A DNA stretch of 64,000 nucleotides from Macrostomum lignano (lineage: Eukaryota), in the NCBI GenBank assembly GCA_002269645.1, contig NIVC01001207.1:209541-273540 (forward strand), in the 5' to 3' direction. Below are positions 11,319 through 22,889 of the stretch, in pieces. Made by a program: the position numbers and the translations under genes. The first letter of the stretch is position 1. Each line of letters opens with the position of its first letter. The notes beneath the pieces are model-generated. The model worked only from the letters and a program-made list of their open reading frames with translations, was not told the DNA's origin and searched no databases.

Positions 11319-12002
11319 GTGAGGTGTTAGCGGGAATGGCCTGCAGTCTAGACCTGAGTGAGGGTGAGGTTAGCGAGCAGTCTAGACCTGAGTGAGGGTG
11401 AGGCTAGCGGTCAGTCTAGACCTGAGTGAGGGTGAGGTAAGCGGGCAGTCTAGACCTGAGTGAGGGTGAGGCTAGCGGTCAGTCTAGACCTGAATGAGGG
11501 TGAGGCTAGCGGGCAGTCTAGACCTGAATGAGGGTGAGGCTAGCGGGCAGTCTAGACCTGAATGAGGGTGAGGCTAGCGGTCAGTCTAGACCTGAGTGAG
11601 GGTGAGGTTAGCGCTCAGTCTAGACCTGAGTGAGGGTGAGGTTAGCGGGCAGTCTAGACCTGAGTGAGGGTGAGGCTAGCGGTCAGTCTAGACCTGAATG
11701 AGGGTGAGGCTAGCGGTCAGTCTAGACCTGAATGAGGGTGAGGTTAGCGGTCAGTCTAGACCTGAGTGAGGGTGAGGTAAGCGGTCAGTCTAGACCTGAG
11801 TGAGGGTGAAGCTAGCGGTCAGTCTAAACCTGAGTGAGGGTGAGGCTAGCGGTCAGTCTAGACCTGAATGAGGGTGAGGCTAGCGGTCAGTCTAGACCTG
11901 AGTGAGGGTGAGGTTAGCGGGCAGTCTAGACCTGAGTGAGGGTGAGGCTAGCGGTCAGTCTAGACCTGAGTGAGGGTGAGGTTAGCGGTCAGTTTAGACC
12001 TC
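11317..12002. repeat. 34-bp intronic minisatellite (GGGTGAGGTTAGCGGTCAGTCTAGACCTGAGTGA) starting at the exon 3 donor
   Basis: Direct periodicity; the first unit overlaps the true donor. Confidence 0.97.
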
Positions 12003-12564
12003 AAAGACAGGACGGAATTTTCGGCCCGACAGCATTAGCTGGAAAGCGATCCGAGACCAGGCATGATGCTTTCAATCTTCTGCTTTTTTTGAATATTAAT
12101 ATCAAACATTTCTATTCTTTATTTAGCAGACTGGCGACACAGAAAACCATGCTATCTGGGCTTTCTCTAAAAACTTTTCTTGTTTATCTCCGTCCCAATA
12201 TCTGGGCGCGCTGCAGGCCAAGCTAAAAATTTTCAAAACGGTCCGTCGGATGTCTCTGTCGCCACCTTTTAGCGCCGTCCATTTCCTCTAGCTTTACATG
12301 CACTTAGTGCAAATTTATTTTTGCATTAGTTTCTGTGCCGACCATCTGCCTGTCTGGTTCGATCTTATCTGATCGAGATGGCTTTTCGAATTTGCGCGCT
12401 TGCTATACGGGTGCTCTGCTACGGGTTGACTGCTGATCCCGCCAAGATATCCTTGTGCCTGGCTGTGTCACTCGGCCTGGGCTGCCTGTGAAGATTTAAG
12501 ATTTAGATTCCGGCTAGAAGATTCTAAGAAAAAATTTCTTACAGGGAGATTGCTACTGGGATGC

Positions 12565-14712
12565 CGTTCTCGGGGGGGATTCTCGGGGGGAGATTCTTGG
12601 AGGGAGAATCTTAGATTGAGAATCTCAGAGGGAGAATCTCGGAGGGAGAATCTCGTAAGGGATAAACTCAGATTGAGAATCTCGAAGGGAGAATCTCGGA
12701 GGGAGAATCTCGGAGGGAGAATCTCAGAGGGAGAATCTCGGAGGGAGAATCTCGTAAGGGATAATCTCAGAGGGAGAATCTCAGATTGAGAATCTCAGAG
12801 GAAAAATCTCAAAGAGGAATCTCGGAGGGAGAATCTCGTAAGGGATAATCTCAGAGGGAGAATCTCGGAGGGAGAATCTTGGAGGGCGAATCTCAGAGGG
12901 AGAATCTCAGAGGGAGAATCTCGGAGGGAGATTCTCGGAGGGAAAATCTCAGAGGGAGAATCTTGAGAATCTCAGAGGGAGAATTTCAAAGAGAGAATCT
13001 CGGAGGGAGAATCTCGTAAGGGATAATCTCAGATTGAGAATCTCGGAGGGAGAATCTCAGAGGAAACATCTCGGAGGGAGAATCTCGTAAGGGATAATCT
13101 CAGAGGGAGAATCTCAGATTGAGAATCTCAGAGGGAAAATCTCAAAGAGGAATCTCGGAGGGAGAATCTCGTAAGGGATAATCTCAGAGGGAGAATCTCG
13201 GAGGGAGAATCTTGGAGGGCGAATCTCAGAGGTAGAATCTCAGATGGAGAATCTCGTAGGGAGAATCTTAGATTGAGAATCTCAGATTGAGGATCTGGAT
13301 GGAGATTCTCGGAGGGAGATTCTCGGAGGGAGATTCTCGAAGGGAGAATCTCGGAGGGAGAGTCTCGGAGGGAGATTCTCCGAAGGAGAGTCTTGGAGGG
13401 AGAATCTCAGAGGGAGAATCTCGGAAAGATAATCTCAGAGGAAACATCTCGGAAGGAAAATCTCAAATTGAGAATCTCAAAGGGAGAATCTCAGAGAGAA
13501 CATCTCGGAGGGAGAATCTCGTAAGGGATAATCTCAGAGGGAGAATCTCAGATTGAGAATCTCAGATTGAGAATCTCAGATTGAGAATCTCAGAGGGAGA
13601 ATCTCGGAGGGAGAATCTCAGAGGGAGAATCTCGGAGGGAGATTCTCGGAGGGAAAATCTCAGAGGGAGAATCTTGAGAATCTCAGAGGGAGAATTTCAA
13701 AGAGAGAATCTCGGAGGGAGAATCTCGTAAGGGATAATCTCAGATTGAGAATCTCGGAGGGAGAATCTCAGTGGAAACATCTCGGAGGGAGAATCTCGTA
13801 AGGGATAATCTCAGAGGGAGAATCTCAGATTGAGAATCTCAGAGGGAGAATCTCGGAAAGATAATCTCAGAGGAAACATCTCGGAGGGAAAATCTCAGAT
13901 TGAGAATCTCAAAGGGAGAATCTCAGAGAGAACATCTCGGAGGGAGAATCTCGTAAGGGATAATCTCAGAGGAAGAATCTCAGATTGAGAATCTCAGATT
14001 GAGAATCTCAGAGGGAGAATCTCAAAGAGAGAATCTCGGAGGGAGAATCTCAGAGGGAGAATCTCGGAAGGGAGAATCTTGGAGGGAGAATCTCGGAAGG
14101 GAGAATCTCAGAGGGAGAATCTCGGAAAGGAGAATCTCAGAGGGAGAATCTCAGATTGAAAATCTCGGATGGAGACTCTCGGAGGGAGAATTTGGAAAGG
14201 AGAATATCAAATTTTGGAAAGAGAATCTCAGAGAGAACATCTCGGAGGGAGAATCTCGTAAGGGAAAATCTCAGAGGGAGAATCTAGATTGAGAATCTCA
14301 GATTGAGAATCTCAGATTGAGAATCTCAGAGGGAGAATCTCGGAAAGATAATCTCAGAGGAAACATCTCGGAGGGAAAATCTCAGATTGAGAATCTCAAA
14401 GGGAGAATCTCAGAGAGAACATCTCGGAGGGAGAATCTCGTAAGGGATAATCTCAGAGGGAGAATCTCAGATTGAGAATCTCAGATTGAGAATCTCAGAG
14501 GGAGAATCTCAAAGAGAGAATCTCGGAGGGAGAATCTCAGAGGGAGAATCTCGGAAGGGAGAATCTCGGAGGGAGAATCTCGGAAGGGAGAATCTCGGAG
14601 GGAGAATCTCGGAAGGGAGAATCTCAGAGGGAGAATCTCGGAAAGGAGAATCTCAGAGGGAGAATCTCAGATTGAAAATCTCGGATGGAGACTCTCGGAG
14701 GGAGAATTTGGA
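12565..14712. repeat. Long ~14-bp-based satellite (GGGAGAATCTCGGA/CAGA) with higher-order block duplications, AChE intron 3
   Basis: GAGAATCTC core repeated over ~2.1 kb; multi-unit blocks recur. Confidence 0.95.
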
Positions 14713-14838
14713 AAGGAGAATATCAAATTTTGATTTTTGAAAGCAGATTGTACGAGAATGTTGGGTTGAAATCTCTGGATCTGGGACTAATCCTGAAACT
14801 ATTTAACAACCTCAGCGGTCCACCGCAACAAATTCCAG

Positions 14839-15472
14839 GCGTGGTGAAGAACGAAGGCGTATTCTGGATTGTGTACGCGCTGTCCTCTTTCTTCCTGCCC
14901 AAGACGAACCTGAGCAGCAACAAGTGGCACATACCGTTCTGGTGGGGCAGCTCCAATCCCGTCAGAAAGGAGGACGCGGAGCACCTGAAAAAGGTGACAA
15001 GCATCGCCCAGCGCGTGGAGAAAGACCCGCCCATGATCCTGGCCAAGTACTTCATGCACAGCCAGAATCTCAACCCACTGATTGTGGACTCTTTGGCCTT
15101 CGAGTACCAGCTGCCATCGCCAAAGTACGGCTTCAACCACTGGACCAGCAAGGATGTCCTGTACGCCTTCGACGAGCTGACCGGGGACAACACGTTCAAG
15201 TGTCCGGTTATTGACTTTGCGGAATTTTATCTGCGCTTCTTGGAGAGGAAGGCCAGCTTAGGGAACAACGTGTGGATGTACTCGTTTGAGCACCACACCG
15301 AGAGCCTGCCAATGCCAGAATGGACCGGAGCGATGCATGGCTACGAGCTGGATTACACATTCGGCATGCCGTTCAATGAGAATTTCACCAAGAACTTTTA
15401 TAAGTACACACCGGCTGAGGAGGAGCTAAGCAGGGATATGCTCAAGTTTTGGTCCAACTTTGCCAAGACCGG
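14839..15472 (+). CDS. ACHE: Acetylcholinesterase exon 4 (GVVKNEG catalytic Glu; MHGYEL catalytic His; WSNFAKTG)
   Basis: Remaining catalytic triad motifs; acceptor TTCCAG|, donor |GTGAGT. Confidence 0.95.
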
Positions 15473-15537
15473 GTGAGTTAAGAGTGCTTTTATAGGACAC
15501 AGTTGAACAAGAAATTAGTCTTGTCATTTTATCGTCA

Positions 15538-16048
15538 ATGTCCGTCATTATGCAGCCTCACCCACCCCAATACCCGTCATTATACAGCCTCACCCACCCC
15601 AATATCCGTCATTATACAGCCTCACCCACCCCAATATCCGTCATTATGCAGCCTCATTCACCCCAATACCCGTCATTATACAGCCTCACCCACCCCAATA
15701 TCCGTCATTATACAGCCTCACCCACCCCAATACCCGTCATTATACAGCCTCACCCACCCCAATACCCGTCATTATACAGCCTCACCCACCCCAATATCCG
15801 TCATTATACAGCCTCACCCACCCCAATACCCGTCATTATACAGCCTCACCCACCCCAATACCCGTCATTATACAGCCTCACCCACCCCAATACCCGTCAT
15901 TATACAGCCTCACCCACCCCAATATCCGTCATTATACAGCCTCACCCACCCCAATATCCGTCATTATACAGCGTCACCCACCCCAATATCAGTCTTATGC
16001 AGCCTCACCCGCCCCAACATCCGTCATTGCACTACAATCCTCACCCAA
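15538..16048. repeat. 32-bp intronic minisatellite (CCGTCATTATACAGCCTCACCCACCCCAATAC), AChE intron 4
   Basis: Direct periodicity. Confidence 0.95.
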
Positions 16049-16060
16049 ACCTGTCCTCAG

Positions 16061-16266
16061 CAACCCGAACCAGCCGGAGGGCACGCGGAACATCCAGGAG
16101 CACATAATGACCTGGCCGCCCTATAGGATGGGCAACCGGTCGCACATTGTGCTGGAAGTCAAGCAAGGCTCCAGCAGCTATAAAGTCGGCGAGAATCTGC
16201 GGCGAAGGAAGTGCAACTTCTGGAACGCTCAGATGAGGAACATTCGCAACTATATGCAGCAAAATG
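16061..16266 (+). CDS. ACHE: Acetylcholinesterase exon 5 (GNPN…WPPY…LRRRKCNFWN)
   Basis: Typical end of the catalytic domain; acceptor CCTCAG|, donor |GTAAGG. Confidence 0.9.
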
Positions 16267-16478
16267 GTAAGGCCGTTTGATTCGCTGTAAAACATTGTCA
16301 TGCAAATTCCACACGCAGGCACAGACGCTCACAAAGGGTGTACATCAGAATTGAAAAAAAGAAACATTAAAAAAGGCTGTACACATCCCATATACTCCTT
16401 GAAATCGGCTCTCACAGACAGTTACATGCAGCTCGCACGAGAAACGCACTTGAAACTCCGAACCAAACCCGCCATTAG

Positions 16479-16615
16479 CAGTTCCCTGCATAACGGAGCC
16501 CAAGAAGAGCACACAGAATATTTCTGGCGGGTCCAGGGCGACCGCTCGCGTCAGCTCAGTGATTTTGGTTGGCCTGGCAACAGTCTTTGCAGCCGTCTTC
16601 TGTCTGCTGTGGTGA
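16479..16615 (+). CDS. ACHE: Acetylcholinesterase last exon, GPI-anchor signal-like tail (AVPCITEPKKSTQNISGGSRATARVSSVILVGLATVFAAVFCLLW*)
   Basis: TAGCAG tandem acceptor in the required phase 1. Cys, small-residue cluster and terminal hydrophobic run follow. Total CDS is 2277 nt (758 aa). Confidence 0.7.
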
Positions 16616-17104
16616 ATGCCGCTCTGAGGACAGCTCCGAGAGCACCTATCTATTCTGCAGCAAATTCAAATTAGCAACAATGACTGCAATTGTCGTTTTT
16701 CTCTCCTTTGTATTTTCTACCTTCCTTCCTTGCTTCCTTTGTTTGTTATTACTGATCCTATTCTGTGGCCTAGCTGGCCTTTTCTATGCTCGAATCCTTT
16801 GTTTAGCAAACAGGTGTTTTCTACTGGAGTCCGGGTGCTGTGCGCGCTGTGTTGCAAGCTGGTTGCTGAGTGGGAAAGAGTCGGTAGATACAGAATCGAT
16901 AAATGTCTGTACTAGAATCGATAGATTTCTATACCAGAATCGATAGATTTCTGTACCAGAATCGATAGATGTCTGTACCAGAATCGATAAAAAACTAGTT
17001 TGCTAGTCAGGTAGAGATTAGTACAGATTATTTTAACGCCACGAGACGAGTTAGCACGATCTGTCTCCACCTACGCACATAATTAAGGGATTATTTCACG
17101 TTCG

Positions 17105-17937
17105 TTTACCTCAGAGTCTGGGAGAGTTGGTGGGAGAATCCAGTCTCACCTGAGAGTCTGGGAGAGTTGGTGGGAGAATCCAGTCTCACCTGAGAGTCTG
17201 GGAGAGTTGGGGGGAGAATCCAGTCTCACCTGAGAGTCTGGGAGAGTTAGGGGGGAGAATCCAGTCTCACCTGAGAGTCTGGGAGAGTTGGTGGGAGAAT
17301 CCAGTCTCACCTGAGAGTCTGGGAGAGTTGGGGGGAGAATCCAGTCTCACCTGAGAGTCTGGGAGAGTTGGTGGGAGAATCCAGTCTCACCTGAGAGTCT
17401 GGGAGAGTTGGGGGGAGAATCCAGTCTCACCTGAGAGTCTGGGAGAGTTGGGGGGAGAATCCAGTCTCACCTGAGAGTCTGGGAGAGTTGGGGGGGAGAA
17501 TCCAGTCTCACCTGAGAGTCTGGGAGAGTTGGTGGGAGAATCCAGTCTCACCTGAGAGTCTGGGAGAGTTAGGGGGGGGAGAATCCAGTCTCACCTGAGA
17601 GTCTGGGAGAGTTAGGGGGGGGAGAATCCAGTCTCACCTGAGAGTCTGGGAGTGTTGGTGGGAGAATCCAGTCTCACCTGTGAGTCTGGGAGAGTTGGGG
17701 GGGAGAATCCAGTCTCACCTGAGAGTCTGGGAGAGTTGGGGGGAGAATCCAGTCTCACCTGAGAGTCTGGGAGAGTTGGTGGGAGAATCCAGTCTCACCT
17801 GAGAGTCTGGGAGAGTTGGGGGGGGAGAATCCAGTCTCACCTGAGAGTCTGGGAGAGTTGGGGGGAGAATCCAGTCTCACCTGAGAGTCTGGGAGAGTTG
17901 GGGGGGAGAATCCAGTCTCACCTGAGAGTCTGGGAGC
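17105..17937. repeat. 40-bp minisatellite (CTCACCTGAGAGTCTGGGAGAGTTGGTGGGAGAATCCAGT)
   Basis: Direct periodicity with variable G-run length. Confidence 0.97.
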
Positions 17938-18485
17938 ACTGAATTTCGGCCAGTTTTTCCCAGCTACACATATTTTAAATGAAGTGTTCCCTCGCTTTGC
18001 CGTGGAACAATGGCGGAATTTTTGTGTCGCAAATGGTTGTATCCATCAATCTTTTACCCTCTTCGTCAAGAAATGTTTGCCCAACTAAAACAGGTTGTAT
18101 TCAAATTCATAATACAAAGGTTGTTCTACAAGTTTTTGTGCTATCCCTTGTTTTTTGAAAATTGGTTTTATTATATACAGAAAATAATTTTACCTTTTTG
18201 TCAATACATTTGCTTGTTTGAACATGTACACTTTTAAGTTCTCTCTTCGTTCTGCATATCCTCTTCATACTTAGTGATTGAAATGAATAGTTTTAGCTAG
18301 CAAGTTTAGTCATGTCTTTATGCTTGACAACAAAAATTGCTTAGACCTTTATTTTTTCACTGTTTTTCGTTTTCTTTATCAGCTTTTTTATCAGAAATTT
18401 TCTCTCTTAAGCCTTAAAACTGCAAGTTGAGATCAACACAGAGACCTAGGACAATCTTAGTTTAAAATTAGACTTAGTTTCACTC

Positions 18486-18488
<3 letters not shown>

Positions 18489-18524
<36 letters not shown>

Positions 18525-18527
18525 TAA
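18489..18527. repeat. (TA)n microsatellite
   Basis: Direct. Confidence 0.9.
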
Positions 18528-18924
18528 TTGCCATTATTTTGCTGTTTCTTTACATGCCAAAGCGTGTTATACTAACAAACTACTATGCACGTTACATACT
18601 ACTACGCATATGCATTGTCTATAAAAATGTCAAATGACATTAACTTTCTAATTACGCTCGTATTCAGCCGCTTTTAACAAAAAATCTTTTTTGTCACCTT
18701 TTTGTCACATTGGAATTTGAGTCTTATTTATAACTTCAATACTGGAAAGCAATGCAGTAAATTCTATTTATAGCACAAACACTCGTTGGTTAGCGCCAAA
18801 CCCGCGGCCCAATATGCAATATTTTTTACTGACAACAACTGCCTAACTAATTTCGTGACTTGGACTTTTTCTTTTATCTTGGATCAATAAAGATCACGTG
18901 ACCACAGTAGCGGGAGCGGCTACT

Positions 18925-19326
18925 GGCTTGTGCTTATAAAAGCGATCGATAAAGTTGAATGAGATCACGTGATCAATGACTGGCTACTAGTATTAGCTTG
19001 TGCTTACAAAAGCGATCGATAAAGTTGAGTGAGATCACGTGATCAATGACTGGCTACTAGTATTAGCTTGTGCTTACAAAAGCGATCGATAAAGTTGAAT
19101 GAGATCACGTGATCAATGACTGGCTACTAGTATTAGCTTGTGCTTACAAAAGCGATCGATAAAGTTGAGTGAGATCACGTGATCAATGACTGGCTACTAG
19201 TATTAGCTTGTGCTTACAAAAGCGATCGATAAAGTTGAATGAGATCACGTGATAAATGACTGGCTACTAGTATTAGCTTGTGCTTACAAAAGCGATCGAT
19301 AAAGTTGAGTGAGATCACGTGATCAA
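18925..19326. repeat. 70-bp tandem repeat (~6 units) arranged as a 140-bp dimer
   Basis: GAGATCACGT at 18961, 19031, 19101, 19171, 19241 and 19311; GAAT/GAGT variants alternate. Confidence 0.95.
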
Positions 19327-19992
19327 TGGACGATTAAGTGCATCAGAACACTGCCTTGCAGCCAGCAATAAACTGGAAAGCAAAAAAAAACTAAAAATGA
19401 CTCAATTTGCTATTCAAATAGACGAATAAAGTAATAATAATTAATTATAGATGCATAATAATTTATTTATTCATATACGCGGATGACTGCAGACAAGAAA
19501 CATAAAAAGTGTTCCCAAGGGGGTCCAGCAATAAACGTCTGTTCCCCGCGAGCGGAGTCCAGAAATGTTACAAATTTTAACAAAACAAATACAAACATAT
19601 AAATAAAAATACAGAGCATAAAGGACGCAAAGGCGGGCAACAGATTCGAGTAGTAAGTAAGCATACATTAACATTTACTTGGTAATAAGCTTGCTAAACT
19701 TTAACAACAATTTAACAAAAAAAGTTGCAAGCAGTAAAAAACTGTTTTGCGCTGAAAAGGGTCCTTTAATATTTGATGAGCGCAAATCAATCAGTGACAT
19801 CAAAAACTTTTATATATAAGCATATATTTAAATTATTTATATGAGAGCATCTTGCTGCTAATACAGACTGGGCCTGGGCTGAGTCAAAGTCCCGTAGGGT
19901 CCCAGCAGAAAGAAATAGTAGCAACACAAAACAAAAAAATTATTCATTTAATGTGCGTCTGCTAACAAATCATTTGAATGAGATGGAGCTAA

Positions 19993-20670
19993 ACAGAGAC
20001 AGGGTAAGATAGACAGTGAGATAAACAGAGACAGGGTGAGATAGACAGTGAGATAAATAGAGACAGGGTGAGATAGACAGTGAGATAAACAGACAGGGTG
20101 AGATAGACAGTGAGATAAACAGACAGGGTGAGATAGACAGTGAGATAAACAGACAGGGTGAGATAGACAGTGAGATAAACAGACAGGGTGAGATAGACAG
20201 TGGGATAAACAGACAGGGTGAGATAGACAGTGAGATAAACAGACAGGGTGAGATAGACAGTGGGATAAACAGACAGGGTGAGATAGACAGTGGGATAAAC
20301 AGACAGGGTGAGATAGACAGTGAGATAAACAGACAGGGTGAGATAGACAGTGGGATAAACAGACAGGGTGAGATAGACAGTGAGATAAACAGACAGGGTG
20401 AGATAGACAGTGAGATAAACAGACAGGGTGAGATAGACAGTGGATAAACAGACAGGGTGAGATAGACAGTGAGATAAACAGACAGGGTGAGATAGACAGT
20501 GGGATAAACAGACAGGGTGAGATAGACAGTGAGATAAATAGAGACAGGGTGAGATAGACAGTGAGAAAAACAGAGACAAGGGTGAGATAGACAGTGAGAT
20601 AAACAGAGACAAGGGTGAGATAGACAGTGAGATAAACAGACAGGGTGAGATAGACGGTGAGATAAACAGA
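19993..20670. repeat. 30-bp minisatellite (GACAGGGTGAGATAGACAGTGAGATAAACA)
   Basis: Direct periodicity. Confidence 0.97.
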
Positions 20671-21368
20671 GAGAAGACGGGAAAGTGAGACAGGCTATGT
20701 TAAAGCATCATACTGATCTAGCAAGCGGTATTTAAACAGCAATAAAAAGGAGCATGCAGCAGAGATCAATGCATAAAGAGGCCGCCAGTTAGACATACAG
20801 TCAGTGACAGGCTTCCAACCCGCCGGCATAATTGAAACCGGTTGTTAAAGAAAAAAGGACTCTAAGAGATGCATAACAATATATCAATTAGTATTGCATA
20901 CTGTAATAGGCTAGTGAAAAAAACTAAAAAAATGACTATATACAGAGAATAATCAAAGTAAGGTTATTATGTCATTAATAGAATTATTTTCAACCATATA
21001 AAAATTAAAATAATATTTAATAAAGTCCAACAAAATGGGAACGCGTTTTGAACTCTATCGAAATTAACAAATAATAGTTTGCACTTACATGAATTATTAA
21101 TTTAATTGATTTCACAATCGTATGACTAAAGCGAAGCAAACAATATGAACAGATTCAATTGCACTAATGGACTCTAATGCACTAATGACCTAATTAATAA
21201 ATAAATAAATTGGTTAATTAATTCAGTCAAAAGTAAAATTCTCGCAAAGCTCAGGCAAGGTGGCGCGCAAATCAGGATAAAATCTCCAATGCAATTCATA
21301 AGCCTGTACTGCCTAGACCTACATTTTATGATCCCTGTTTTTATGATCTTATGATAACATTGTATGAG

Positions 21369-21430
21369 TAAACGGCGGGAGTAACTATAACTGTGTTTTG
21401 AATAATCAAATGCCTCGTCATCTAACTAGT
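21369..21430 (+). pseudogene. Isolated ~62-bp 28S (LSU) rRNA fragment, helices 69-71
   Basis: TAAACGGCGGGAGTAACTAT and CAAATGCCTCGTCATCTAA match conserved eukaryotic 28S sequence. The middle is diverged and the flanks are not rRNA. Confidence 0.8.
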
Positions 21431-21734
21431 TCAGTAAAATTGCATATTTGCATTAAGTACAAAGTACACTTTGTATAGTGAAGATAAGCGAATTTGCGGA
21501 AGATTATAATTAGCAAATATGATGCGCAAAAATACGAATCAGAGATAGTAAAACACAAATAATTGAGTGCATGCGGCAGAATACAAAGATACGGAGCCAG
21601 TTGTTTAAGCTAGAGTATAATAATAATAAAAAAAAGCAGAGAAAGAGCTCAAGAAGCAGTTAGGTCGGCCAAAAACAGCAATAATGACAGACAATATCAA
21701 TATTCAAGTCAGATACTCATCTAATTTAATCTGG

Positions 21735-21959
21735 CTAAGATTTTCCAGTGGCTTTCCTAGCGGCCGTGATGTAGTCCTTCAGCTTAGCTTGCAGCGAGCA
21801 AGCCTTGTCAAGGAACTTGTGACTGAGCAGGTCCTTGGCCGAGGCCCTCTCCGCGGGGTCCACGCACAGGCACCGGTCTAAGAAGTCCTTGATCTCCGGG
21901 CTCATGTTCGCTGGCTCTTTGTAGTCGGGCTTGCCCTTGGTCTGGATCAGGTAGATGGC
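21735..21959 (-). CDS. PAK1: PAK kinase exon 5 (C-terminal lobe, stop)
   Basis: AIYLIQ…FLDRCL…RASAKDLLSHKFL; acceptor TTGCAG|. Confidence 0.93.
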   Translation of the reverse strand, partial: AIYLIQTKGKPDYKEPANMSPEIKDFLDRCLCVDPAERASAKDLLSHKFLDKACSLQAKLKDYITAARKATGKS

Positions 21960-22004
21960 CTGCAATGCGGGTGTTCCATATGGAGATTCCTGTTATGCGC
22001 GTCT

Positions 22005-22805
<801 letters not shown>

Positions 22806-22889
22806 TCAGAGCGAATAACAATCTTGCGCGTTGTTGAGCTGCATACGGCACAAAGTTTACAAAGATTCTATTCTATGGCAGATCACCGC

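Noticed and set aside
16569-16946. Hydrophobic ORF as the AChE membrane anchor
   Set aside because: No phase-1 acceptor enters this frame without a stop. The overlapping frame ending at 16615 gives a phase-compatible GPI-type tail.
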